A DNA stretch of 64,000 nucleotides, from positions 1,178,001-1,242,000 of the forward strand of contig OZ037843.1 of NCBI GenBank assembly GCA_964035575.1, in the 5' to 3' direction. Numbering within the stretch: the stretch's first letter is position 1; each line of letters begins with the position of its first letter. The position numbers and the translations under genes were made by a program. The DNA comes from Rhynchopus sp. YZ270_cl-10. Its lineage: Eukaryota. Positions 45,019 through 55,855 of this stretch are shown piece after piece. The notes under the pieces are model-generated. The model did not search any database. It was not told the origin of the DNA and worked only from the letters and a program-made list of their open reading frames with translations.

Positions 45019-46104
45019 ATGGACATCACAGGATACTTCGAGTCAGCCAGCTGTGTGATAGAAGTGGACGGGAGGGACACCCTTGCACAGGTGAAGGGGA
45101 AGCTTCTTGCGGAGCTTGGCGTGCCACGTGCTCGGCATGTTGGTGTGCGGATGAAAGGCGGTGGCGACATCGGCAACGACGACTTGCGCATCTGCGACAC
45201 GGAGATGGATGAGGGATGTGCCGTTGAGCTGTACTACACTGGTGTGAACATCAGTCCTGGGGTGATACCACATATGGGTCAGACTTTCTCTGTCACACTG
45301 TCCCCGTGCCATAAGTACCTTGCAGAGATGTCGTGGACTGAGAAGCATGTGTACATCTTCGACACAGAAACACACGAGCGTCTCTGCCACTTTCCTTGCA
45401 AGTATATTTATACCCCAGCATTCTCACCGTGCAGTGAGTGGATCTCATCAATCAACAAGGACACGCAGTGTGCTGAAGTTCATAACGTGAAGACAGGTGC
45501 ACTGGAGCACTGTTTTGGACTTAAACGTGATGGGCCTTACACTACAGCATGGTCACCCTGTGGAACACAGCTGTTGTCGTGTTGCCAGGGCAAGGGTTTG
45601 CAGGTGTGGGACATTGCAACAGGTGTTGTTGTGCACGAATGGGACCACATTGTGGACAGCAACTACTTCATGCTTGTGACAGGCAACAGGGTGGCGGTGT
45701 TTTGCAATAGCAGCAAAGACATCACCATTTGGGATTACACGACAGGGGTGGAGGTGCTGGTTCTGACATGCCCTTCTGATGTTCATTATGTAGCACTGAC
45801 ACCAAACGAGCATTTCATTGCAGCGTGTTGCACTGACTGTGTGCGTGTCTGGAACATTGAAACAGGCGAATGTGTCTTTGAAGACGTCTCAGACAACGAG
45901 TGGACTGACGTTGCAGTGTCGAACGACATTGTTGCTGCCTACTCTTCATGTTTGAGCTTGTGGTCCATTTCAACAGGAGAGCGACTGCTGCACCGTGAAT
46001 GTGAGACCGATTCTTGTGGTCTTGCAATCAGCAGCTGTGGTGGTGTGGTGATGTACGCAGGGAGGGAAGGTGTTGAGATTGTTGACGTCTCACACCTGTC
46101 TTGA
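45019..46104 (+). CDS. Ubiquitin-like domain + WD40 beta-propeller protein, copy 1 (361 aa)
   Basis: ~75-aa beta-grasp-like N-terminus, then WD-type repeats (YIFDTET, QVWDIATG, TIWDYTTG, RVWNIETG, SLWSISTG). Confidence 0.9.
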   Translation: MDITGYFESASCVIEVDGRDTLAQVKGKLLAELGVPRARHVGVRMKGGGDIGNDDLRICDTEMDEGCAVELYYTGVNISPGVIPHMGQTFSVTLSPCHKYLAEMSWTEKHVYIFDTETHERLCHFPCKYIYTPAFSPCSEWISSINKDTQCAEVHNVKTGALEHCFGLKRDGPYTTAWSPCGTQLLSCCQGKGLQVWDIATGVVVHEWDHIVDSNYFMLVTGNRVAVFCNSSKDITIWDYTTGVEVLVLTCPSDVHYVALTPNEHFIAACCTDCVRVWNIETGECVFEDVSDNEWTDVAVSNDIVAAYSSCLSLWSISTGERLLHRECETDSCGLAISSCGGVVMYAGREGVEIVDVSHLS

Positions 46105-46441
46105 ATCCCTTCCACAACGGAAAGGTGCCATTTAATTTTGTATCACCATCCTGCACCTTGCCTGGGTAACTAACTCCACACGGGAAGATACGTGAAGATA
46201 GATGCACATGTCTCTCGTTGTGGGAGTGGGTTGGCAATGGAGATGGCACCGTTCCGCTGTGGCTTTTGCACATGCGAAGCGCAAACCCGTCATGGTGTGG
46301 GAGGGTGGGAGGGACCTCTAACTGGGCTGTTTTTTTTCAAATGACAACACATCTCGTTTCCTTCACAAACACCACCCCACCCTTCTTCAATCTACCCTCC
46401 ACACACACCATTCCCCACAGAACAGAGTTACTCCCCTGAAC

Positions 46442-47527
46442 ATGGACATCACAGGACACTTCGAGTCAGCCAGCTGTGTGATAGAAGTGGACGGGAGGGA
46501 CACCCTTGCACAGGTGAAGGGGAAGCTTCTTGCGGAGCTTGGCGTGCCACGTGCTCGGCATGTTGGTGTGCGGATGAAAGGCGGAAGCGACATCGGCAAC
46601 GACGACTTGCGCATCTGCGACACGGAGATGGATGAGGGATGTGCCGTTGAGCTGTACTACACTGGTGCGAACATCACTCCTGGGGTGATACCACTTGCAG
46701 GTGAGATTTTCTCCGTCACACTCTCCCCGTGCCATAAGTACCTTGCAGTGATGTCAACTGAGGAGCACAATATTATGTCTATCTTCGACACAGTAACACA
46801 TGAGCGTCTGTGCCACTTCCCTGGATGTCTGGGCACCCCAGAATTCTCACCGTGCAGTGAGTGGATCTCATCAGTCAACGAGGACACGAAGTGTGCTGAA
46901 GTTCATGACGTGAAGACAGGTGCACTGGAGCACTCCTTTGGAGATGAAGGTGATGGACCGTTTTTTGCAGCATGGTCACCCTGTGGAACACAGCTGTTGT
47001 CGTGCTGCAAGAGCAAGGGTTTGCAGGTGTGGGACATTGCAACAGGTGTTGTTGTGCATGAATGGCATATTGTAGCCTTCAGCAACTACTTCATGCTTGT
47101 GACAGGCAACAGGGTGGCGATGTTTGGTGATAACAGTGAAGACATCACCATTTGGGACTACACGACAGGGGTGGAGGTGCTTGTTCTGACATGCCCTTCT
47201 GGTGCTCAGTATGCGGCACTGACACCAAACGAGCGTTTCATTGCAGCGTGTTGGATCGACTGTGTGCGTGTCTGGAACATTGAAACAGGCGAATGTGTCT
47301 TTGAAGACGTCTCAGACAACGAGTGGACTGACGTTGCAGTGTCGAACGACATTGTTGCTGCCTACTCTTCATGTTTGAGCTTGTGGTCCATTTCAACAGG
47401 AGAGCGACTGCTGCACCGTGAATGTGAGACCGATTCTTGTGGTCTTGCAATCAGCAGCTGTGGTGGTGTGGTGATGTACGCAGGGAGGGAAGGTGTTGAG
47501 ATTGTTGACGTCTCACACCTGTCTTGA
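46442..47527 (+). CDS. Ubl-WD40 protein, copy 2 (361 aa)
   Basis: Tandem paralogue, 1423-bp unit spacing from copy 1. Confidence 0.9.
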   Translation: MDITGHFESASCVIEVDGRDTLAQVKGKLLAELGVPRARHVGVRMKGGSDIGNDDLRICDTEMDEGCAVELYYTGANITPGVIPLAGEIFSVTLSPCHKYLAVMSTEEHNIMSIFDTVTHERLCHFPGCLGTPEFSPCSEWISSVNEDTKCAEVHDVKTGALEHSFGDEGDGPFFAAWSPCGTQLLSCCKSKGLQVWDIATGVVVHEWHIVAFSNYFMLVTGNRVAMFGDNSEDITIWDYTTGVEVLVLTCPSGAQYAALTPNERFIAACWIDCVRVWNIETGECVFEDVSDNEWTDVAVSNDIVAAYSSCLSLWSISTGERLLHRECETDSCGLAISSCGGVVMYAGREGVEIVDVSHLS

Positions 47528-47621
47528 ACCCACTTCCACAATGGAAAGGTGCCATCTGGACTTAGAACTGGGCGAGGAGTTATTATTCCTTTTTTCTTTT
47601 GTTTTTTTTTTAAAGCAGATA

Positions 47622-48263
47622 CCGGCCGCGTACATATTACGTCGCGTATTTATTACGGGGGGTACTTATTACGTCGCGTACTAATTAAGTCGCTTTTTTG
47701 AAGGCCCGCGGGTGCCCAAAAAGCGACGTAATTAGTACACACCGTAAGGTGAAAAAAAAAGTGGGGGTAATCATGTTTTGAACACAGCTGGTGTGGGCAC
47801 ATCACTGGGGGGATACCCACCAAACCCACAAAATCCCGAAGTCATCGCAGATCGTGTGAGCGAGGAGGAGAACAAACCGAACACGCGGCGCGTGTAGACG
47901 GCACAGGGTAAGGTGGAAGAAATCGGTGAGACCTCTGCCACAGTGCGTCTAGTACCTCCACATGCACAAGAGGAGTGGGAAGTGCCAATGAGTTCCTCAA
48001 ATCCGCAATTTGAGCCATTCGTTCATATTTCAACGAATATTTTAAAAAAACTTTTGTTTGCGTTGCAATCTCTGCCCAATGTAACCTTGTAAAGGGCCGA
48101 GGGTCAACACGCCAACACCAAGAGAAATGCCAGACATCCTTCCCACTCACCTTGTCAGTAGATTTTGTTTTTCTTCAAAAAATTAATTACGTCGCACACT
48201 TATTACGTCGCGTACTAATTAAGTCGGTATTTGCCCTAACCGACTTAATTAGTACGCGGCCGG
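47622..48263. mobile_element. 642-bp TA-flanked (Tc1/mariner-like) non-autonomous element inside the WD40 array
   Basis: TA|CCGGCCGCGTAC ... GTACGCGGCCGG|TA, with subterminal ATTACGTCGCGTACTAATTAAGTCG repeats. Confidence 0.8.
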
Positions 48264-48564
48264 TATGCTTTTCCAGGAATCCGGATTTAAAGTTTGGGGG
48301 GGGGGGGGGTCAGTTTGTTTTCCCAAAATATTTTTTCAGCACAAGAGGGTGGGAGATGGCATCGTTCCGCTGTGGCTTTTGCACATGCGAAGCGCAAACC
48401 CGTCATGGTGTGGGAGGGTGGGAGGGACCTCTAACTGGGCGAGGAGTTATCTCTCTTGTTTTTTTTTCAAATGACAACACATCTCGTTTCCTTCACAAAC
48501 ACCACCCCCTCTTCAATCTACCCTCCACACACCATTCCCCACAGAACAGAGTTACCCCCTGAAC

Positions 48565-49644
48565 ATGGACATCACAGGACACTTCGAGTCAGCAAGCTGT
48601 GTGATAGAAGTGGACGGGAGGGACACCCTTGCACAGGTGAAGGGGAAGCTTCTTGCGGAGCTTGGTGTGCCACGTGCTCGGCATGTTGGTGTGCGGATGA
48701 AAGGCGGAGGCGACATCGGCAACGACGACTTGCGCATCTGCGACACGGAGATGGATGAGGGATGTGCCGTTGAGCTGTACTACACTGGTGCGAACATCAC
48801 TCCTGGGGTGATACCACTTGCGGGTGAGACTTTCTCCCTCACACTCTCCCCGTGCGATAAGTACCTTGCAGTGATGTCGACTGAGCAGCATGTGTACATC
48901 TTCGACACAGAAACACGTGAGCGTCTGTGCCACTTCCCTGGATTTCTGTGCGTCCCAGCATTCTCACCGTGCAGTGAGTGGATCTCATCAGTCAACGAGG
49001 ACACGAAGTGTGCTGAAGTTCATAACGTGAAGACAGGTGCACTGGAGCACTCCTTTGGAGATGAAGGTGATGGACCGTATATTACGGCGTGGTCACCCTG
49101 TGGAACACAGCTGTTGTCGTGCTGCAAGAGCAAGGGTTTGCAGGTGTGGGACATTGCAACAGGTGTTGTTGTGCATGAATGGCACATTGTGGACTGGAGC
49201 GACTACTTCATGCTTGTGACAGGCGACAGGGTGGCGGTGTTTGGCGATAGCAGCAAAGACATCACCATTTGGGACTACACGACAGGGGTGGAGGTGCTTG
49301 TTCTGACATGCCCTTCTGCTGTTTGTTATGCGGCACTGACACCAAACGAGCGTTTCATTGCAGCGTGTTGCACCGACTGTGTGCGTGTCTGGAACATTGA
49401 AACAGGCGAATGTGTATTTGAAGACGTCTCAGAAAACTGGTGGACTGACGTTGCAGTGTCGAACGACATTGTTGCTGCCTACTCTTCATGTTTGAGCTTG
49501 TGGTCCATTTCAACAGGAGAGCGACTGCTGCACCGTGAATGTGAGACTAACAATTCTTGCGGTCTTGCAATCAGCAGCTGTGGTGGTGTGGTGATGTACG
49601 TAAGGGAAGGTGTTGAGATTGTTGACGTCTCACACCTGTCTTGA
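48565..49644 (+). CDS. Ubl-WD40 protein, copy 3 (359 aa)
   Basis: Tandem paralogue with an intact ORF. Confidence 0.9.
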   Translation: MDITGHFESASCVIEVDGRDTLAQVKGKLLAELGVPRARHVGVRMKGGGDIGNDDLRICDTEMDEGCAVELYYTGANITPGVIPLAGETFSLTLSPCDKYLAVMSTEQHVYIFDTETRERLCHFPGFLCVPAFSPCSEWISSVNEDTKCAEVHNVKTGALEHSFGDEGDGPYITAWSPCGTQLLSCCKSKGLQVWDIATGVVVHEWHIVDWSDYFMLVTGDRVAVFGDSSKDITIWDYTTGVEVLVLTCPSAVCYAALTPNERFIAACCTDCVRVWNIETGECVFEDVSENWWTDVAVSNDIVAAYSSCLSLWSISTGERLLHRECETNNSCGLAISSCGGVVMYVREGVEIVDVSHLS

Positions 49645-49811
49645 ACCCACTTCCACAATGGAAAGGTGCCATCTGGTTCGTGCAAGAAGTTCTATCTCTT
49701 ATTTTTTCAAATGACAACACATCTCGTTTCCTTCACAAACACCACCCCACCCCTCTTCAATCTACCCTCCACACACACCTGTCCCCACAGAACAGAGTTA
49801 CTCCCCTGAAC

Positions 49812-50900
49812 ATGGACATCACAGGACACTTCGAGTCAGCAAGCTGTGTGATAGAAGTGGACGGGAGGGACACCCTTGCTCAGGTGAAGGGGAAGCTTCT
49901 TGCGGAGCTTGGCGTGCCACGTGCTCGGCATGTTGGTGTGCGGATGAAAGGCGGAGGCGACATCGGCAACGACGACTTGCGCATCTGCGACACGGAGATG
50001 GATGAGGGATGTGCCGTTGAGCTGTACTACACTGGTGCGAACATCACTCCTGGGGTAATCCCACACGTGGACAGCCCGTTCTCCCTCACACTCTCCCCGT
50101 GCGATAAGTACCTTGCAGTGGCGTGGGATGCGGGTGTGTCTGTCTTCGACACGGAGACCCATGAGAGGTGCTGCACCTTTCGATTGGAGGGCACCTGGGT
50201 CACAGCGTTCTCACCGTGCAGTGAGTGGATCTCCTGCAGCAACGAGAGCGCGGAGTGCATCGAAGTGCGCCGTGTGAGGACCGGTGCATTGGAGCACTCC
50301 TTGCCCTCCAGTCATCCTGGGTGCATGCGCGTTACCGCATGGTCTCACTGTGGAACGATGCTGTTGTCGGGCCCGCAGGTGTGGGACATTGCAACAGGTC
50401 GTGTTGTGCATGAGTGGCCTGACATAGGGAACAGCTTTAAGGACTGCTACGGTGCCTTTGGAGTGGCTGGCAACAAAATGGTGACGATTGGTGGGACGAA
50501 GCGTGTGACCGTATGGGACTACACAACAGGAACGGAGGTGCACGCTCTTGTGTGTCCCAGTTGTCCGAATAATGTGGCATTGGCGCCGAACCAGCGTTAC
50601 GTTGCAGCGTGCTTCGACGAAAGTGTGCGTGTCTGGGATATCGAAACAGGTGAATGTGTCTTTGAACACCTCTCAGGTCTTTATGTTCCATGGGCGGACA
50701 TCGCAGTGTCCAACGACGTTGTTGCAGCTTACACATCTAAGAACGTGACGTTGTGGTCCATCTCAACAGCAAAGCAGTTATGTTCATATACCCTGCAGAG
50801 CTTTGGTGTCTTCGGGCTGGCACTGAGTAGCTGTGGAGGTGGGCTGATGTACGCAGATGAGGGCGGAGTTAAGATCGTGGACATCTCACACCTGACGTGA
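49812..50900 (+). CDS. Ubl-WD40 protein, copy 4 (~362 aa; identical Ubl, divergent propeller)
   Basis: Start placed at the conserved MDITGHF ATG (49812). Sequence diverges after PGVIP. Confidence 0.9.
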   Translation: MDITGHFESASCVIEVDGRDTLAQVKGKLLAELGVPRARHVGVRMKGGGDIGNDDLRICDTEMDEGCAVELYYTGANITPGVIPHVDSPFSLTLSPCDKYLAVAWDAGVSVFDTETHERCCTFRLEGTWVTAFSPCSEWISCSNESAECIEVRRVRTGALEHSLPSSHPGCMRVTAWSHCGTMLLSGPQVWDIATGRVVHEWPDIGNSFKDCYGAFGVAGNKMVTIGGTKRVTVWDYTTGTEVHALVCPSCPNNVALAPNQRYVAACFDESVRVWDIETGECVFEHLSGLYVPWADIAVSNDVVAAYTSKNVTLWSISTAKQLCSYTLQSFGVFGLALSSCGGGLMYADEGGVKIVDISHLT

Positions 50901-51095
50901 TGTGGGCATACTTCTAGCTTGTGCTCATTGTTGAGTGTGTTCGTTCTGTTCAGGCTGCTGTTGACATACACTACTGTGAGAGACCCCCCCTTCCCTTCCC
51001 ATCATTGTATAGCCCCGTTTTCTTCCCTGTCCCCCACCACGCCATACGCACACAGGAATTGCGAAATAACACAAACAGCAGAGTGCTAGGTTGAC

Positions 51096-52181
51096 ATGGA
51101 CATCACAGGACACTTCGAGTCAGCAAGCTGTGTGATAGAAGTGGACGGGAGGGACACCCTTGCTCAGGTGAAGGGGAAGCTTCTTGCGGAGCTTGGCGTG
51201 CCACGTGCTCGGCATGTTGGTGTGCGGATGAAAGGCGGAGGCGACATCGGCAACGACGACTTGCGCATCTGCGACACGGAGATGGATGAGGGATGTGCCG
51301 TTGAGCTGTACTACACTGGTGCGAACATCACTCCTGGGGTGATACCACTTGCAGGTGAGATTTTCTCCGTCACACTCTCCCCGTGCCATAAGTACCTTGC
51401 AGTGATGTCGACTGAGAAGCATGTGTATATCTTCGACACAGAAACACATGAGCGGCTGTGCCACTTCCCTGGCCTTCGTTTTTGCACCCCAGCATTTTCA
51501 CCGTGCAGTGAGTGGATCTCATCAGTCAACGAGGACACGCAGTGTGCTGAAGTTCATGACGTGAAGACAGGTACACTGGAGCACTCCTTTGGAGAAGAAG
51601 GTACGAGGCCTTACACTACAGCATGGTCACCCTGTGGAACACAGCTGTTGTCGTGTTGCGAGAGCAAGGGTTTGCAGGTGTGGGACATTGCAACAGGTGT
51701 TGTTGTGCATGAATGGGACCACATTGTGGACAGCAACGACGTCATGCTTGTGACAGGCAACAGGGTGGAGGTGTTTATTTTTAGCAGCGAAGACATCACC
51801 ATCTGGGACTACACGACAGGGGTGGAGGTGCTTGTTCTGACATGCCCTTCTGATGTTCAGTATGCGGCACTGACACCAAACGAGCGTTTCATTGCAGCGG
51901 GTTGCACCGACTGTGTGCGTGTCTGGAACATTGAAACAGGCGAATGTGTATTTGAAGATGTCTCAGAAAACGGGTGGACTGACGTTGCCATGTCGAACGA
52001 CATTGTTGCTGCCTACTCTTCATGTTTGAGCTTGTGGTCCATTTCAACAGGAGAGCGACTGCTGCACCGTGAATGTGAGGCCAACGCTTCTTGCGGTCTT
52101 GCAATCAGCAGCTGTGGTGGTGTGGTGATGTACGCAGGGAGGGAAGGTGTTGAGATTGTTGACATCTCACACCTGTCTTGA
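51096..52181 (+). CDS. Ubl-WD40 protein, copy 5 (361 aa)
   Basis: Tandem paralogue. Its 5' flank differs from the other copies and its 3' flank matches copy 1. Confidence 0.9.
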   Translation: MDITGHFESASCVIEVDGRDTLAQVKGKLLAELGVPRARHVGVRMKGGGDIGNDDLRICDTEMDEGCAVELYYTGANITPGVIPLAGEIFSVTLSPCHKYLAVMSTEKHVYIFDTETHERLCHFPGLRFCTPAFSPCSEWISSVNEDTQCAEVHDVKTGTLEHSFGEEGTRPYTTAWSPCGTQLLSCCESKGLQVWDIATGVVVHEWDHIVDSNDVMLVTGNRVEVFIFSSEDITIWDYTTGVEVLVLTCPSDVQYAALTPNERFIAAGCTDCVRVWNIETGECVFEDVSENGWTDVAMSNDIVAAYSSCLSLWSISTGERLLHRECEANASCGLAISSCGGVVMYAGREGVEIVDISHLS

Positions 52182-52649
52182 ACTCACTTCCACAACGGAA
52201 AGGTGCCATTTAATTTTGTATCACCATCCTGCACCTTGCCTGGGTAACTAACTCCACACGGGAAGATACGTGAAGATAGATGCAGACGTCTCTCGTTGTG
52301 GGAGTGGGTTGGCAATGGAGATGGCACCGTTCCGCTGTGGCTTTTGCACATGCGAAGCGCAAACCCGTCATGGTGTGGGAAGGTGGGAGGGACCTGTAAC
52401 TGGGCGAGGAGTTATCTCTCTTATTTTTTCAAATGACAACACATCTCGTTTCCTTCACAAACACCACCCCACCCCTCTTCAATCTACCCTCCACACACAC
52501 CCCGTTCCATTCAGAGAGCCCTCCGTCTCACAACAGAGCTCAAAGAGCTCAGAAGCTGTTCCCCTTTCCTCTATCCCCCTCCCTCCCCACCTCCACACAG
52601 GGACAAATCCACACAAAAACCCCGACTACTACTACACACTCTCGTCACC

Positions 52650-53825
52650 ATGCTGTCGCACACCCTAGCGATGTTGCTGCTCAGCACACCCCTCGTTGCA
52701 GGGCAAGGATTTGGGGACCGGTTTGTGGCCGGTACCTTCGCCCAGGAAGAGCTCCCGCTGACAGAGGACGAAGCGACGGCGGGAAACTGGACGCTTCTTG
52801 ACACGACCTGCACACCGGGGGTGGGCCGCCGCTGGCGTCTCGGGGATCGCCTGACACCAACGCTTCTGTTCTCGGCTGCAGGCAAGCTTGCGGGCATGCA
52901 GACCAGCGTGGACGCCGCTATGTACCCTCTGCACCCTTCGTCAAACCTCCGCCCGGAGATCTTCCAGGAACCTGAATCGCCGAGCCCCGACACGGAGCGT
53001 GCGATGTCTCTTTTGTTCACAGACCCAGCACAGATCTGCGGGTCCCCTGCGGACCTTGGTGCCTCTGTCGCGGACCGCTTCTGGATCAAGACCGGCCTCT
53101 CCTCGGCTGCGGTGGACTACGAGCACATCCCGCTCTCCGAGCAGGAGCTTGTCAACGGGATGCCCTACAACGGCTACTCCGCAGGGGGCTGTGCGCCGTC
53201 TGGGTTTGCCTTCCCAGGCTCCCCCGGGATGGGCCAGCACTACTGGAAGTACCTCGGCAGCGACCTGCCCTGCAACGACCTGGGGGCGCTCTTCCTGCTT
53301 TACACTGACGGCAAGCTCAATGGTTATGGCATCCCTCTCGTCAACGTCGATATGAAGGTGCCCACTGTCAACGGTGACTTCCCATCCGTGCATGACGGTC
53401 ACTACGGAGTTCCCGGGTCGCTGTGGGAGTTCCCGCACCAGCCGCTGTACCCGTTGTTCATCAAAGAGGGCAACAACCCTACCTGTATGCCGAACATCAA
53501 TGCGTTCGACGCTGCTGTGGAAGGGGGTGCGGTGACAGTGGCCACGATGCATTTCTACTTCACAAACGCGTTGAATCTGTCGTGCTCAGCAGTGCCGTTG
53601 CAGTCGTCTGCGCAGGTCGTTGAGAAGGTCGTTGAGAAGGTCGTGGACGCCCCAAGCTCGTCGTGCAGCAGCTGCACCCTCTGGGTGGTGGTCACTGTCG
53701 TCCTCGCAGTTCTGCTTGCCGCAGCGCTTGTCGGCATCTACCTCACCCGCCGTACGAAGTGCGACAAAGAAGTCAAATCTGTTGCGCACGAAGACTATGA
53801 GTTGGGTGCAGACCTGTGTGACTAA
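52650..53825 (+). CDS. Type I membrane protein of unknown function (391 aa)
   Basis: Signal peptide. The ectodomain has an internal two-fold repeat (C..GVGRRW..LLFSAAGKLAG / C..GMGQHYW..LLYTDGKLNG). C-terminal TM segment and short tail. Confidence 0.85.
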   Translation: MLSHTLAMLLLSTPLVAGQGFGDRFVAGTFAQEELPLTEDEATAGNWTLLDTTCTPGVGRRWRLGDRLTPTLLFSAAGKLAGMQTSVDAAMYPLHPSSNLRPEIFQEPESPSPDTERAMSLLFTDPAQICGSPADLGASVADRFWIKTGLSSAAVDYEHIPLSEQELVNGMPYNGYSAGGCAPSGFAFPGSPGMGQHYWKYLGSDLPCNDLGALFLLYTDGKLNGYGIPLVNVDMKVPTVNGDFPSVHDGHYGVPGSLWEFPHQPLYPLFIKEGNNPTCMPNINAFDAAVEGGAVTVATMHFYFTNALNLSCSAVPLQSSAQVVEKVVEKVVDAPSSSCSSCTLWVVVTVVLAVLLAAALVGIYLTRRTKCDKEVKSVAHEDYELGADLCD

Positions 53826-54293
53826 GGTTGTTTGTGCGTTTTAAATTTTCAATCATAAATTATCAGTGAAAAAAAAAGTGTTTTTTGGTGTGGTTGAATA
53901 GGGGAGTGTCCACGCACGAAGTGCGCAAGAAGTGCGAATCACCCCCCCGCCAGCCACACCGAAAAGTTTTGTTTATTTGTAGTTTGTCACCCTGTGCAAG
54001 CTGTACTGCCTCTTCAACTCTATTCGTGTTCCACAATAACCTGCCAGCGACCGAGCGACCTGTCAGTTTTGTGCTTTATGTGGAAACGCTATTGTTATCA
54101 GCTCTCAGGGGGCGTTACATAAAATTTCAAATTATCTTTTCAATTTTTTTGTTTCGTTTTTTTTTTGGGAGAGGCTGAAATCAATGCACTCTTCTTAGTT
54201 ATTTTTATTTGCTTTTTTTCTTTCAAATGTGCTTTTTTTTCTTGCTCAAAAAAAAAATATTGTTTTGGAACTGTAGTGCATCGCCATTGAGTG

Positions 54294-55843
54294 CAGGGTA
54301 TTAGGGTGGTTAAAAAAACTGGTTTTGAAAACCAGTTTTTCCAAAAACTGGTTTTCAAAAAAAAAAAAAAAAACAGAGAAATCTGGAGGGGGAAAAAAAA
54401 CCGACACTTTTCACCAGGCCTTTCTGTAAATGTCGTCCCCAGATTAGGGCGGACTCGATTTTTTTCCCCGCATTTTTCCCCCGACTGGTAGAACCGTGGT
54501 TGAACCACGGGAGTGCCTTTGGGAAATGGCTGTTCCTTGATTTTTTTTTTTGCCTGCGGCGCCATTTTTCATTTTTTGCTCCGCAAAAAAGGGTTCGTTT
54601 GAGTGGCTCTGTGGTGTAAAAATCTAGATTTTTACACCGTACCCTCAAAATTTTTCGCCTGCGGCGCCATTTTATATTTTTTTTTCGCCCCGCCAGGGTT
54701 TCCGCCAGGATTTGGGGTTTCAGAAATTGGGGTGTACCATGAAAACGACCCCCAAAAATATTTTTTTTCTCCCCGAAAAAGCGGTCGTCGCGCGCTTCGC
54801 GCGCGCCTCCCTGGCAGACACAGGTAGAGAGGCGAAGCGTGAGGGAGGGTGCTACAAAAAATTTTTTTTGGGAAGGGTTGAAAGGGCAGAAGGGGAGGCG
54901 CGAGATACGCTCACTACCGGTTGAGGTGTCACTTCCACTGGCCGTATCGCCTCGTCAACCGTGGGAGGGGTCTCCTTCTTGACCAAGACAAGTCGGCTCT
55001 GCCGCAGCTTTGGCACAACTTTTTTGGGTTTTAGCACCAGGATTTTTAGCACCAGCTTTGATAGCAACCATGTTAAGCTTCACAGCTGTGTTGTCTGGTA
55101 GAGGTGGTTCGTTTGGAGGTCGGGGGTGGAAGCTTAACAAGGTAAGGAGTCTTGTGAGAGGGTGATGGTATTTGTTTTTTCATTGCATGGCGCTACACAG
55201 TGATTACAGTGCTGCCGTTGGAACATGTAATATAAAGTGAATGCACTCGTCGCTTGCACCGAAGCCTCCTTTAAAAAAGGGGCAATACACAGAAGTGTCA
55301 ATGATAATATAGCAACATCAAATAGCCAGCAACACAGGGCCGCAGGCGCACGGTACGCTACTTTTTTTCTTATTCTTCTAGATTTTACCCCCCTTTTCTT
55401 CCACTTCTTTTGACATAGCGAGCCAAACGCTCTGCACGGTGGGGTCACATGACCACAGGGGGTCATCTACAACCTCTAAAACCCCATTTTTCTCGGGGTG
55501 TACTTTGGTACACCCCGAATCCCTGTAAAAATCCAAATTTTTCCGGGGAAAATATTGGGGTGTACCAAAGTACACCCCGGTACACCTTGGCGGAAACTCT
55601 GCCCGCAAAAAAAAATACAGTCCCTCTGTTCCCAATGTCTACCCTGGGTCAGCAGCGCCAAAAAATATTTTGAAATCTGGATTCCTGGATAAGGCACTGA
55701 CCCCACCCCCGAAAAAACCCGAAAGTGACTGCGTCCGTCAACGGTGGAGGTTTTTGCCGGAAACACTAGTTTTCGCCACCCAGGAGAGAAAACCAGAAAA
55801 ACCAGTTTTTTCCGGAATTTTGGATTTTCACCCTAATACCCTG
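54294..55843. mobile_element. hAT element A (~640-bp core plus nested insertion)
   Basis: TIR CAGGGTATTAGGGTG/CACCCTAATACCCTG, perfect 8-bp TSD ATTGAGTG. Confidence 0.92.
54694..55601. mobile_element. 908-bp CAG...CTG element with a 5-bp TSD (hAT5-like), nested in element A
   Basis: CCCGC|CAGGGTTTCCGCCA ... TGGCGGAAACTCTG|CCCGC. GGGGTGTAC subterminal repeats. The empty site is visible in sister element B at about 57132. Confidence 0.85.
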
Positions 55844-55855
55844 ATTGAGTGGAAT

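Noticed and set aside
45019..52181. Diversity-generating retroelement behind the WD40 variation
   Set aside because: No reverse transcriptase, no template repeat, and changes are not evidently adenine-specific.
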